Assembly: GCA_964016885.1 (NCBI GenBank)
Contig: OZ024745.1
Location: 59,954,001 to 60,018,000, forward strand
DNA: 64,000 nt
Direction of reading: 5' to 3'
From: Eledone cirrhosa
Lineage: Eukaryota
Below are positions 13,114 to 26,774 of this stretch, piece by piece. The notes beneath the pieces were generated by a model. That model made no database searches and was not told where the DNA came from. It saw only the letters and a list, made by a program, of their open reading frames with translations. Made by a program: the position numbers and the translations under genes. How positions within the stretch are numbered: the first letter of the stretch is position 1; each line of letters opens with the position of its first letter.

Positions 13114-14559
13114 GACTTGGAGTGAAAACCTCGACTTGGAGTGAGAACCTCGACTTGGAGTGAGAACCTCGACTTGGAGTGAAAACCTCGACTTGGAGTG
13201 AGAACCTCGACTTGGAGTGAAAACCTCGACTTGGAGTGAAAACCTCGACTTGGAGTGAGAACCTCGACTTGGAGTGAAAACCTCGACTTGGAGTGAGAAC
13301 CTCGACTTGGAGTGAAAACCTCGACTTGGAGTGAAAACCTCGACTTGGAGTGAGAACCTCGACTTGGAGTGAGAACCTCGATTTGGAGTGAAAACCTCGA
13401 CTTGGAGTGAGAACCTCGACTTGGAGTGAGAACCTCGACTTGGAGTGAGAACCTCGACTTGGAGTGAGAACCTCGACTTGGAGTGAGAACCTCGACTTGG
13501 AGTGAGAACCTCGACTTGGAGTGAGAACCTCGACTTGGAGTGAGAACCTCGACTTGGAGTGAAAACTTCGACTTGGAGTGAGAACCTCGACTTGGAGTGA
13601 GAACCTCGACTTGGAGTGAGAACCTCGACTTGGAGTGGAAACCTCGACTTGGAGTGAGAACCTCGACTTGGAGTGGAAACCTCGACTTGGAGTGAGAACC
13701 TCGACTTGGAGTGAGAACCTCGACTTGGAGTGAAAACCTCGACTTGGAGTGAGAACCTCGACTTGGAGTGAAAACCTCGACTTGGAGTGAGAACCTCGAC
13801 TTGGAGTGAAAACCTCGACTTGGAGTGAGAACCTCGACTTGGAGTGAGAACCTCGACTTGGAGTGAGAACCTCGACTTGGAGTGAGAACCTCGACTTTGA
13901 GTGAAAACCTCGACTTGGAGAGAGAACCTCCACTTGGAGTGAGAACCTCGACTTTGAGTGAAAACCTCGACTTGGAGTGAGAACCTCGACTTTGAGTGAA
14001 AACCTCGACTTGGAGTGAGAACCTCGACTTGGAGTGAGAACCTCGACTTGGAGTGAGAACCTCGACTTGGAGTGGAAACCTCGACTTGGAGTGAGAACCT
14101 CGACTTGGAGTGAAAACCTCGACTTGGAGTGAGAACCTCGACTTGGAGTGAAAACCTCGACTTGGAGTGAAAACCTCGACTTGGAGTGAAAACCTCGACT
14201 TGGAGTGAGAACCTCGACTTGGAGTGAAAACCTCGACTTGGAGTGAGAACCTCGACTTGGAGTGAAAACCTCGACTTGGAGTGAGAACCTCGACTTGGAG
14301 TGAAAACCTCGACTTGGAGTGAGAACCTCGACTTGGAGTGAGAACCTCGACTTTGAGTGAAAACCTCGACTTGGAGAGAGAACCTCGACTTGGAGTGAGA
14401 ACCTCGACTTTGAGTGAAAACCTCGACTTGGAGTGAGAACCTCGACTTTGAGTGAAAACCTCGACTTGGAGTGAGAACCTCGACTTGGAGTGAAAACCTC
14501 GACTTGGAGTGAAAACCTCGACTTGGAGTGAGAACCTCGACTTGGAGTGGAAACCTCGA

Positions 14560-16000
14560 CTTGGAGTGAGAACCTCGACTTGGAGTGAAAACCTCGACTT
14601 GGAATGAGAACCTCGACTTGGAGTGAGAACCTCGACTTGGAGTGAGAACCTCGACTTGGAGTGAGAACCTCGACTTGGAGTGAGAACCTCGACTTGGAGT
14701 GAGAACCTCGACTTGGAGTGAAAACCTCGACTAGGAGTGAGAACCTCGACTTGGAGTGAGAACCTCGACTTGGAGTGAGAACCTCGACTTGGAGTGAGAA
14801 CCTCGACTTGGAGTGAGAACCTCGACTTGGAGTGAGAACCTCGACTTGCAGTGAAAACCTCGACTTGGAGTGAGAACCTCGACTTGCAGTGAAAACCTCG
14901 ACTTGGAGTGAGAACCTCGACTTGCAGTGAAAACCTCGACTTGGAGTGAGAACCTCGACTTGGAGTGAAAACCTCGACTTGCAGTGAAAACCTCGACTTG
15001 GAGTGAGAACCTCGACTTGGAGTGAAAACCTCGACTTGGAGTGAAAACCTCGACTTGGAGTGAAGACCTCGACTTGGAGTGAGAACCTCGACTTGGAGTG
15101 AGAACCTCGACTTGGAGTGAGAACCTCGACTTGGAGTGAGAACCTCGACTTGGAGTGTAAACTGCGACTCTGAGTGAAAACCTCGACGTGGAGTGAGAAC
15201 CTCGACTTGGAGTGAAAACCTCGACTTGGAGTGAGAACCTCGACTTGGAGTGAGAACCTCGACTTGGAGTGAAAACCTCGACTTGGAGTGAGAACCTCGA
15301 CTTGGAGTGAAAACCTCGACTTGGAATGAGAACCTCGACTTGGAGTGAGAACCTCGACTTGGAGTGAGAACCTCGACTTGGAGTGAGAACCTCGACTTGG
15401 AGTGAGAACCTCGACTTGGAGTGAGAACCTCGACTTGGAGTGAAAACCTCGACTAGGAGTGAGAACCTCGACTTGGAGTGAGAACCTCGACTTGGAGTGA
15501 GAACCTCGACTTGGAGTGAGAACCTCGACTTGGAGTGAGAACCTCGACTTGGAGTGAGAACCTCGACTTGCAGTGAAAACCTCGACTTGGAGTGAGAACC
15601 TCGACTTGCAGTGAAAACCTCGACTTGGAGTGAGAACCTCGACTTGCAGTGAAAACCTCGACTTGGAGTGAGAACCTCGACTTGGAGTGAAAACCTCGAC
15701 TTGCAGTGAAAACCTCGACTTGGAGTGAGAACCTCGACTTGGAGTGAAAACCTCGACTTGGAGTGAAAACCTCGACTTGGAGTGAAGACCTCGACTTGGA
15801 GTGAGAACCTCGACTTGGAGTGAGAACCTCGACTTGGAGTGAGAACCTCGACTTGGAGTGAGAACCTCGACTTGGAGTGTAAACTGCGACTCTGAGTGAA
15901 AACCTCGACGTGGAGTGAGAACCTCGACTTGGAGTGAAAACCTCGACTTGGAGTGAGAACCTCGACTTGGAGTGAGAACCTCGACTTGGAGTGAAAACCT
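14560..16000 (+). repeat. Tandem duplication of 722 bp (38 monomers) inside one HOR unit; boundaries approximate
   Basis: The marker series GGAATGAG / GACTAGG / GCAG cluster / GAAGACC / mini-island occurs twice at offset 722 (e.g. CTAGG at 14731 and 15453). Confidence 0.85.
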
Positions 16001-16533
16001 CGACTTGGAGTGAAAACCTCGACTTGGAGTGAAAACCTCGACTTGGAGTGAGAACCTCGACTTGGAGTGAAAACCTCGACTTGGAGTGAAAACCTCGACT
16101 TGGAGTGAGAACCTCGACTTGGAGTGAGAACCTCGACTTGGAGTGAGAACCTCGACTTGGAGTGTAAACTGCAACTCTGAGTGAAAACCTCGACTTGGAG
16201 TGAGAACCTCGACTTGGAGTGAAAACCTCGACTTGGAGTGAGAACCTCGACTTGGAGTCAGAACCTCGACTTGGAGTCAGAACCTCAACTTGGAGTCAGA
16301 ACCTCGACTTGGAGTCAGAACCTCGACTTGGAGTCAGAACCTCGACTTGGAGTGAAAACCTCGACTTGGAGTGAAAACCTCGACTTGGAGTGAGAACCTC
16401 GACTTGGAGTGAGAACCTCGACTTGGAGTGAAAACCTCGACTTGGAGTGAGAACCTCTACTTGGAGTGAAAACCTCGACTTGGAGTGTAAACTGCGACTT
16501 GGAGTGAGAACCTCGACTTGGAGTGAAAACCTC

Positions 16534-16989
16534 GACTTGGAGTGTAAACTGCGACTTGGAGTGTAAACTGCGACTTGGAGTGTAATGTACAACTTGGAGC
16601 ATAATGTACAACTTGGAGCATAATGTACGACTTGGAGCATAATGTACGACTTAGAGTGTAATGTAGGACTTAGAGTGTAATGTAGGACTTAGAGTGTAAT
16701 GTAGGACTTAGAGTGTAATGTAGGACTTAGAGTGTAATGTAGGACTAGGAGCATAATGTAGGACTAGGAGCATAATGTACGACTTGGAGTGTAATGTAGG
16801 ACTTGGAGTGTAATGTAGGACTTGGAGTGTAAACTGCGAGTTGAAATATAAATTGCGACTTGGATTGTAAACCTTGACTTGCAGTGTATTGAACAACTTG
16901 GGGTGTATACTGCGGCTTGGAGTGTAAACTGCGGCTCCGAATATAAACTACGACTTGCAGTGTCATATATGACTCTGAGTGAAAACCTC
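16534..16989 (+). repeat. Island 5
   Basis: Same block; spacing 204 monomers. Confidence 0.96.
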
Positions 16990-19706
16990 GACTTGGAGTG
17001 AAAACCTCGACTTGGAGTGAGAACCTCGACTTGGAGTGAGAACCTCGACTTGGAGTGAAAACCTCGACTTGGAGTGAGAACCTCGACTTGGAGTGAAAAC
17101 CTCGACTTGGAGTGAAAACCTCGACTTGGAGTGAGAACCTCGACTTGGAGTGAAAACCTCGACTTGGAGTGAGAACCTCGACTTGGAGTGAAAACCTCGA
17201 CTTGGAGTGAAAACCTCGACTTGGAGTGAGAACCTCGACTTGGAGTGAGAACCTCGATTTGGAGTGAAAACCTCGACTTGGAGTGAGAACCTCGACTTGG
17301 AGTGAGAACCTCGACTTGGAGTGAGAACCTCGACTTGGAGTGAGAACCTCGACTTGGAGTGAGAACCTCGACTTGGAGTGAGAACCTCGACTTGGAGTGA
17401 GAACCTCGACTTGGAGTGAAAACCTCGACTTGGAGTGAAAACTTCGACTTGGAGTGAGAACCTCGACTTGGAGTGAGAACCTCGACTTGGAGTGAGAACC
17501 TCGACTTGGAGTGGAAACCTCGACTTGGAGTGAGAACCTCGACTTGGAGTGGAAACCTCGACTTGGAGTGAGAACCTCGACTTGGAGTGAGAACCTCGAC
17601 TTGGAGTGAAAACCTCGACTTGGAGTGAGAACCTCGACTTGGAGTGAAAACCTCGACTTGGAGTGAGAACCTCGACTTGGAGTGAAAACCTCGACTTGGA
17701 GTGAGAACCTCGACTTGGAGTGAGAACCTCGACTTGGAGTGAGAACCTCGACTTGGAGTGAGAACCTCGACTTGGAGTGAGAACCTCGACTTTGAGTGAA
17801 AACCTCGACTTGGAGAGAGAACCTCCACTTGGAGTGAGAACCTCGACTTTGAGTGAAAACCTCGACTTGGAGTGAGAACCTCGACTTTGAGTGAAAACCT
17901 CGACTTGGAGTGAGAACCTCGACTTGGAGTGAGAACCTCGACTTGGAGTGAGAACCTCGACTTGGAGTGGAAACCTCGACTTGGAGTGAGAACCTCGACT
18001 TGGAGTGAAAACCTCGACTTGGAGTGAGAACCTCGACTTGGAGTGAAAACCTCGACTTGGAGTGAAAACCTCGACTTGGAGTGAAAACCTCGACTTGGAG
18101 TGAGAACCTCGACTTGGAGTGAAAACCTCGACTTGGAGTGAGAACCTCGACTTGGAGTGAAAACCTCGACTTGGAGTGAGAACCTCGACTTGGAGTGAAA
18201 ACCTCGACTTGGAGTGAGAACCTCGACTTGGAGTGAGAACCTCGACTTTGAGTGAAAACCTCGACTTGGAGAGAGAACCTCGACTTGGAGTGAGAACCTC
18301 GACTTTGAGTGAAAACCTCGACTTGGAGTGAGAACCTCGACTTTGAGTGAAAACCTCGACTTGGAGTGAGAACCTCGACTTGGAGTGAAAACCTCGACTT
18401 GGAGTGAAAACCTCGACTTGGAGTGAGAACCTCGACTTGGAGTGGAAACCTCGACTTGGAGTGAGAACCTCGACTTGGAGTGAAAACCTCGACTTGGAAT
18501 GAGAACCTCGACTTGGAGTGAGAACCTCGACTTGGAGTGAGAACCTCGACTTGGAGTGAGAACCTCGACTTGGAGTGAGAACCTCGACTTGGAGTGAGAA
18601 CCTCGACTTGGAGTGAAAACCTCGACTAGGAGTGAGAACCTCGACTTGGAGTGAGAACCTCGACTTGGAGTGAGAACCTCGACTTGGAGTGAGAACCTCG
18701 ACTTGGAGTGAGAACCTCGACTTGGAGTGAGAACCTCGACTTGCAGTGAAAACCTCGACTTGGAGTGAGAACCTCGACTTGCAGTGAAAACCTCGACTTG
18801 GAGTGAGAACCTCGACTTGCAGTGAAAACCTCGACTTGGAGTGAGAACCTCGACTTGGAGTGAAAACCTCGACTTGCAGTGAAAACCTCGACTTGGAGTG
18901 AGAACCTCGACTTGGAGTGAAAACCTCGACTTGGAGTGAAAACCTCGACTTGGAGTGAAGACCTCGACTTGGAGTGAGAACCTCGACTTGGAGTGAGAAC
19001 CTCGACTTGGAGTGAGAACCTCGACTTGGAGTGAGAACCTCGACTTGGAGTGTAAACTGCGACTCTGAGTGAAAACCTCGACGTGGAGTGAGAACCTCGA
19101 CTTGGAGTGAAAACCTCGACTTGGAGTGAGAACCTCGACTTGGAGTGAGAACCTCGACTTGGAGTGAAAACCTCGACTTGGAGTGAAAACCTCGACTTGG
19201 AGTGAAAACCTCGACTTGGAGTGAGAACCTCGACTTGGAGTGAAAACCTCGACTTGGAGTGAAAACCTCGACTTGGAGTGAGAACCTCGACTTGGAGTGA
19301 GAACCTCGACTTGGAGTGAGAACCTCGACTTGGAGTGTAAACTGCGACTCTGAGTGAAAACCTCGACTTGGAGTGAGGACCTCGACTTGGAGTGAAAACC
19401 TCGACTTGGAGTGAGAACCTCGACTTGGAGTCAGAACCTCGACTTGGAGTCAGAACCTCAACTTGGAGTCAGAACCTCGACTTGGAGTCAGAACCTCGAC
19501 TTGGAGTCAGAACCTCGACTTGGAGTGAAAACCTCGACTTGGAGTGAAAACCTCGACTTGGAGTGAGAACCTCGACTTGGAGTGAGAACCTCGACTTGGA
19601 GTGAAAACCTCGACTTGGAGTGAGAACCTCTACTTGGAGTGAAAACCTCGACTTGGAGTGTAAACTGCGACTTGGAGTGAGAACCTCGACTTGGAGTGAA
19701 AACCTC

Positions 19707-20162
19707 GACTTGGAGTGTAAACTGCGACTTGGAGTGTAAACTGCGACTTGGAGTGTAATGTACAACTTGGAGCATAATGTACAACTTGGAGCATAATGTA
19801 CGACTTGGAGCATAATGTACGACTTAGAGTGTAATGTAGGACTTAGAGTGTAATGTAGGACTTAGAGTGTAATGTAGGACTTAGAGTGTAATGTAGGACT
19901 TAGAGTGTAATGTAGGACTAGGAGCATAATGTAGGACTAGGAGCATAATGTACGACTTGGAGTGTAATGTAGGACTTGGAGTGTAATGTAGGACTTGGAG
20001 TGTAAACTGCGAGTTGAAATATAAATTGCGACTTGGATTGTAAACCTTGACTTGCAGTGTATTGAACAACTTGGGGTGTATACTGCGGCTTGGAGTGTAA
20101 ACTGCGGCTCCGAATATAAACTACGACTTGCAGTGTCATATATGACTCTGAGTGAAAACCTC
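19707..20162 (+). repeat. Island 6
   Basis: Same block; spacing 167 monomers. Confidence 0.96.
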
Positions 20163-22518
20163 GACTTGGAGTGAAAACCTCGACTTGGAGTGAGAACCTC
20201 GACTTGGAGTGAGAACCTCGACTTGGAGTGAAAACCTCGACTTGGAGTGAGAACCTCGACTTGGAGTGAAAACCTCGACTTGGAGTGAAAACTTCGACTT
20301 GGAGTGAGAACCTCGACTTGGAGTGAGAACCTCGACTTGGAGTGAGAACCTCGACTTGGAGTGGAAACCTCGACTTGGAGTGAGAACCTCGACTTGGAGT
20401 GGAAACCTCGACTTGGAGTGAGAACCTCGACTTGGAGTGAGAACCTCGACTTGGAGTGAAAACCTCGACTTGGAGTGAGAACCTCGACTTGGAGTGAAAA
20501 CCTCGACTTGGAGTGAGAACCTCGACTTGGAGTGAAAACCTCGACTTGGAGTGAGAACCTCGACTTGGAGTGAGAACCTCGACTTGGAGTGAGAACCTCG
20601 ACTTGGAGTGAGAACCTCGACTTTGAGTGAAAACCTCGACTTGGAGAGAGAACCTCCACTTGGAGTGAGAACCTCGACTTTGAGTGAAAACCTCGACTTG
20701 GAGTGAGAACCTCGACTTTGAGTGAAAACCTCGACTTGGAGTGAGAACCTCGACTTGGAGTGAGAACCTCGACTTGGAGTGAGAACCTCGACTTGGAGTG
20801 GAAACCTCGACTTGGAGTGAGAACCTCGACTTGGAGTGAAAACCTCGACTTGGAGTGAGAACCTCGACTTGGAGTGAAAACCTCGACTTGGAGTGAAAAC
20901 CTCGACTTGGAGTGAAAACCTCGACTTGGAGTGAGAACCTCGACTTGGAGTGAAAACCTCGACTTGGAGTGAGAACCTCGACTTGGAGTGAAAACCTCGA
21001 CTTGGAGTGAGAACCTCGACTTGGAGTGAAAACCTCGACTTGGAGTGAGAACCTCGACTTGGAGTGAGAACCTCGACTTTGAGTGAAAACCTCGACTTGG
21101 AGAGAGAACCTCGACTTGGAGTGAGAACCTCGACTTTGAGTGAAAACCTCGACTTGGAGTGAGAACCTCGACTTTGAGTGAAAACCTCGACTTGGAGTGA
21201 GAACCTCGACTTGGAGTGAAAACCTCGACTTGGAGTGAAAACCTCGACTTGGAGTGAGAACCTCGACTTGGAGTGGAAACCTCGACTTGGAGTGAGAACC
21301 TCGACTTGGAGTGAAAACCTCGACTTGGAATGAGAACCTCGACTTGGAGTGAGAACCTCGACTTGGAGTGAGAACCTCGACTTGGAGTGAGAACCTCGAC
21401 TTGGAGTGAGAACCTCGACTTGGAGTGAGAACCTCGACTTGGAGTGAAAACCTCGACTAGGAGTGAGAACCTCGACTTGGAGTGAGAACCTCGACTTGGA
21501 GTGAGAACCTCGACTTGGAGTGAGAACCTCGACTTGGAGTGAGAACCTCGACTTGCAGTGAAAACCTCGACTTGGAGTGAGAACCTCGACTTGCAGTGAA
21601 AACCTCGACTTGGAGTGAGAACCTCGACTTGCAGTGAAAACCTCGACTTGGAGTGAGAACCTCGACTTGGAGTGAAAACCTCGACTTGCAGTGAAAACCT
21701 CGACTTGGAGTGAAAACCTCGACTTGCAGTGAAAACCTCGACTTGGAGTGAAAACCTCGACTTGGAGTGAAGACCTCGACTTGGAGTGAGAACCTCGACT
21801 TGGAGTGAGAACCTCGACTTGGAGTGAGAACCTCGACTTGGAGTGAGAACCTCGACTTGGAGTGTAAACTGCGACTCTGAGTGAAAACCTCGACGTGGAG
21901 TGAGAACCTCGACTTGGAGTGAAAACCTCGACTTGGAGTGAGAACCTCGACTTGGAGTGAGAACCTCGACTTGGAGTGAAAACCTCGACTTGGAGTGAAA
22001 ACCTCGACTTGGAGTGAAAACCTCGACTTGGAGTGAGAACCTCGACTTGGAGTGAAAACCTCGACTTGGAGTGAAAACCTCGACTTGGAGTGAGAACCTC
22101 GACTTGGAGTGAGAACCTCGACTTGGAGTGAGAACCTCGACTTGGAGTGTAAACTGCGACTCTGAGTGAAAACCTCGACTTGGAGTGAGAACCTCGACTT
22201 GGAGTGAAAACCTCGACTTGGAGTGAGAACCTCGACTTGGAGTCAGAACCTCGACTTGGAGTCAGAACCTCAACTTGGAGTCAGAACCTCGACTTGGAGT
22301 CAGAACCTCGACTTGGAGTCAGAACCTCGACTTGGAGTGAAAACCTCGACTTGGAGTGAAAACCTCGACTTGGAGTGAGAACCTCGACTTGGAGTGAGAA
22401 CCTCGACTTGGAGTGAAAACCTCGACTTGGAGTGAGAACCTCTACTTGGAGTGAAAACCTCGACTTGGAGTGTAAACTGCGACTTGGAGTGAGAACCTCG
22501 ACTTGGAGTGAAAACCTC

Positions 22519-22974
22519 GACTTGGAGTGTAAACTGCGACTTGGAGTGTAAACTGCGACTTGGAGTGTAATGTACAACTTGGAGCATAATGTACAACTTG
22601 GAGCATAATGTACGACTTGGAGCATAATGTACGACTTAGAGTGTAATGTAGGACTTAGAGTGTAATGTAGGACTTAGAGTGTAATGTAGGACTTAGAGTG
22701 TAATGTAGGACTTAGAGTGTAATGTAGGACTAGGAGCATAATGTAGGACTAGGAGCATAATGTACGACTTGGAGTGTAATGTAGGACTTGGAGTGTAATG
22801 TAGGACTTGGAGTGTAAACTGCGAGTTGAAATATAAATTGCGACTTGGATTGTAAACCTTGACTTGCAGTGTATTGAACAACTTGGGGTGTATACTGCGG
22901 CTTGGAGTGTAAACTGCGGCTCCGAATATAAACTACGACTTGCAGTGTCATATATGACTCTGAGTGAAAACCTC
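22519..22974 (+). repeat. Island 7
   Basis: Same block; spacing 148 monomers. Confidence 0.96.
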
Positions 22975-25900
22975 GACTTGGAGTGAAAACCTCGACTTGG
23001 AGTGAGAACCTCGACTTGGAGTGAGAACCTCGACTTGGAGTGAAAACCTCGACTTGGAGTGAGAACCTCGACTTGGAGTGAAAACCTCGACTTGGAGTGA
23101 AAACCTCGACTTGGAGTGAGAACCTCGACTTGGAGTGAAAACCTCGACTTGGAGTGAGAACCTCGACTTGGAGTGAAAACCTCGACTTGGAGTGAAAACC
23201 TCGACTTGGAGTGAGAACCTCGACTTGGAGTGAAAACCTCGACTTGGAGTGAGAACCTCGACTTGGAGTGAGAACCTCGATTTGGAGTGAAAACCTCGAC
23301 TTGGAGTGAGAACCTCGACTTGGAGTGAGAACCTCGACTTGGAGTGAGAACCTCGACTTGGAGTGAGAACCTCGACTTGGAGTGAGAACCTCGACTTGGA
23401 GTGAGAACCTCGACTTGGAGTGAGAAACTCGACTTGGAGTGAGAACCTCGACTTGGAGTGAGAACCTCGACTTGGAGTGAAAACTTCGACTTGGAGTGAG
23501 AACCTCGACTTGGAGTGAGAACCTCGACTTGGAGTGAGAACCTCGACTTGGAGTGGAAACCTCGACTTGGAGTGAGAACCTCGACTTGGAGTGAGAACCT
23601 CGATTTGGAGTGAGAACCTCGACTTGGAGTGAGAACCTCGACTTGGAGTGAGAACCTCGACTTGGAGTGAAAACCTCGACTTGGAGTGAGAACCTCGACT
23701 TGGAGTGAAAACCTCGACTTGGAGTGAGAACCTCGACTTGGAGTGAGAACCTCGACTTGGAGTGAAAACCTCGACTTGGAGTGAGAACCTCGACTTTGAG
23801 TGAAAACCTCGACTTGGAGAGAGAACCTCCACTTGGAGTGAGAACCTCGACTTTGAATGAAAACCTCGACTTGGAGTGAGAACCTCGACTTTGAGTGAAA
23901 ACCTCGACTTGGAGTGAGAACCTCGACTTGGAGTGAGAACCTCGACTTGGAGTGAGAACCTCGACTTGGAGTGGAAACCTCGACTTGGAGTGAGAACCTC
24001 GACTTGGAGTGAAAACCTCGACTTGGAGTGAAAACCTCGACTTGGAGTGAAAACCTCGACTTGGAGTGAGAACCTCGACTTGGAGTGAAAACCTCGACTT
24101 GGAGTGAGAACCTCGACTTGGAGTGAAAACCTCGACTTGGAGTGAGAACCTCGACTTGGAGTGAAAACCTCGACTTGGAGTGAGAACCTCGACTTGGAGT
24201 GAGAACCTCGACTTTGAGTGAAAACCTCGACTTGGAGAGAGAACCTCGACTTGGAGTGAGAACCTCGACTTTGAGTGAAAATCTCGACTTGGAGTGAGAA
24301 CCTCGACTTTGAGTGAAAACCTCGACTTGGAGTGAGAACCTCGACTTGGAGTGAAAACCTCGACTTGGAGTGAAAACCTCGACTTGGAGTGAGAACCTCG
24401 ACTTGGAGTGGAAACCTCGACTTGGAGTGAGAACCTCGACTTGGAGTGAAAACCTCGACTTGGAGTGAGAACCTCGACTTGGAGTGAGAACCTCGACTTG
24501 GAGTGAGAACCTCGACTTGGAGTGAGAACCTCGACTTGGAGTGAGAACCTCGACTTGGAGTGATAACCTCGACTTGGAGTGAGAACCTCGACTTGGAGTG
24601 AGAACCACGACTTGGAGTGAAAACCTCGACTTGGAGTGAAAACCTCGACTTGGAGTGAAAACCTCGACTTGGAGTGAAAACCTCGACTTGGAGTGAGAAC
24701 CTCGACTTGGAGTGACAACCTCGACTTGGAGTGAAAACCTCGACTTGGAGTGAAAACCTCGACTTGGAGTGAAAACCTCGACTTGGAGTGAGAACCTCGA
24801 CTTGGAGTGAGAACCTCGACTTGGAGTGAAAACCTCGACTTGGAGTGAGAACCTCGACTTGGAGTGAGAACCTCGACTTGGAGTGAAAACCTCGACTTGG
24901 AGTGAGAACCTCGACTTGGAGTGAGAACCTCGACTTGGAGTGAGAACCTCGACGTGGAGTGAGAACCTCGACTTGGAGTGAGAACCTCGACTTGGAGTGA
25001 AAACCTCGACTTGGAGTGAGAACCTCGACTTGGAGTGAAAACCTCGACTTGGAGTGAGAACCTCGACTTGGAGTGAGAACCTCGACTTGGAGTGAAAACC
25101 TCGACTTGGAGTGAAAACCTCGACTTGGAGTGAAAACCTCGACTTGGAGTGAAAACCTCGACTAGGAGTGAGAACCTCGACTTGGAGTGAGAACCTCGAC
25201 TTGGAGTGAGAACCTCGACTTGGAGTGAGAACCTCGACTTGGAGTGAGAACCTCGACTTGGAGTGAGAACCTCGACTTGCAGTGAAAACCTCGACTTGGA
25301 GTGAGAACCTCGACTTGCAGTGAAAACCTCGACTTGGAGTGAGAACCTCGACTTGCAGTGAAAACCTCGACTTGGAGTGAGAACCTCGACTTGGAGTGAA
25401 AACCTCGACTTGCAGTGAAAACCTCGACTTGGAGTGAGAACCTCGACTTGGAGTGAAAACCTCGACTTGGAGTGAAAACCTCGACTTGGAATGAAGACCT
25501 CGACTTGGAGTGAGAACCTCGACTTGGAGTGAGAACCTCGACTTGGAGTGAGAACCTCGACTTGGAGTGAGAACCTCGACTTGGAGTGTAAACTGCGACT
25601 CTGAGTGAAAACCTCGACGTGGAGTGAGAACCTCGACTTGGAGTGAAAACCTCGACTTGGAGTGAGAACCTCGACTTGGAGTGAGAACCTCGACTTGGAG
25701 TGAAAACCTCGACTTGGAGTGAAAACCTCGACTTGGAGTGAAAACCTCGACTTGGAGTGAGAACCTCGACTTGGAGTGAAAACCTCGACTTGGAGTGAAA
25801 ACCTCGACTTGGAGTGAGAACCTCGACTTGGAGTGAGAACCTCGACTTGGAGTGAGAACCTCGACTTGGAGTGTAAACTGCGACTCTGAGTGAAAACCTC

Positions 25901-26318
25901 GACTTGGAGTGAGAACCTCGACTTGGAGTGAAAACCTCGACTTGGGGTGAGAACCTCGACTTGGAGTCAGAACCTCGACTTGGAGTCAGAACCTCGACTT
26001 GGAGTCAGAACCTCGACTTGGAGTCAGAACCTCGACTTGGAGTCAGAACCTCGACTTGGAGTGAAAACCTCGACTTGGAGTGAAAACCTCGACTTGGAGT
26101 GAGAACCTCGACTTGGAGTCAGAACCTCGACTTGGAGTGAAAACCTCGACTTGGAGTGAAAACCTCGACTTGGAGTGAGAACCTCGACTTGGAGTGAGAA
26201 CCTCGACTTGGAGTGAAAACCTCGACTTGGAGTGAGAACCTCTACTTGGAGTGAAAACCTCGACTTGAAGTGTAAACTGCGACTTGGAGTGAGAACCTCG
26301 ACTTGGAGTGAAAACCTC

Positions 26319-26774
26319 GACTTGGAGTGTAAACTGCGACTTGGAGTGTAAACTGCGACTTGGAGTGTAATGTACAACTTGGAGCATAATGTACAACTTG
26401 GAGCATAATGTACGACTTGGAGCATAATGTACGACTTAGAGTGTAATGTAGGACTTAGAGTGTAATGTAGGACTTAGAGTGTAATGTAGGACTTAGAGTG
26501 TAATGTAGGACTTAGAGTGTAATGTAGGACTAGGAGCATAATGTAGGACTAGGAGCATAATGTACGACTTGGAGTGTAATGTAGGACTTGGAGTGTAATG
26601 TAGGACTTGGAGTGTAAACTGCGAGTTGAAATATAAATTGCGACTTGGATTGTAAACCTTGACTTGCAGTGTATTGAACAACTTGGGGTGTATACTGCGG
26701 CTTGGAGTGTAAACTGCGGCTCCGAATATAAACTACGACTTGCAGTGTCATATATGACTCTGAGTGAAAACCTC
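26319..26774 (+). repeat. Island 8
   Basis: Same block; spacing 200 monomers. Confidence 0.96.

Noticed and set aside
12869-16174. Long minus-strand ORFs (1101 aa here, 1267 aa at 33626-37429, and others) as protein-coding genes
   Set aside because: They are translations of a stop-free 19-bp repeat that is open in all three frames. Many starts are non-ATG codons created by single variants, there is no recognisable domain, and repeat length is not a multiple of three.
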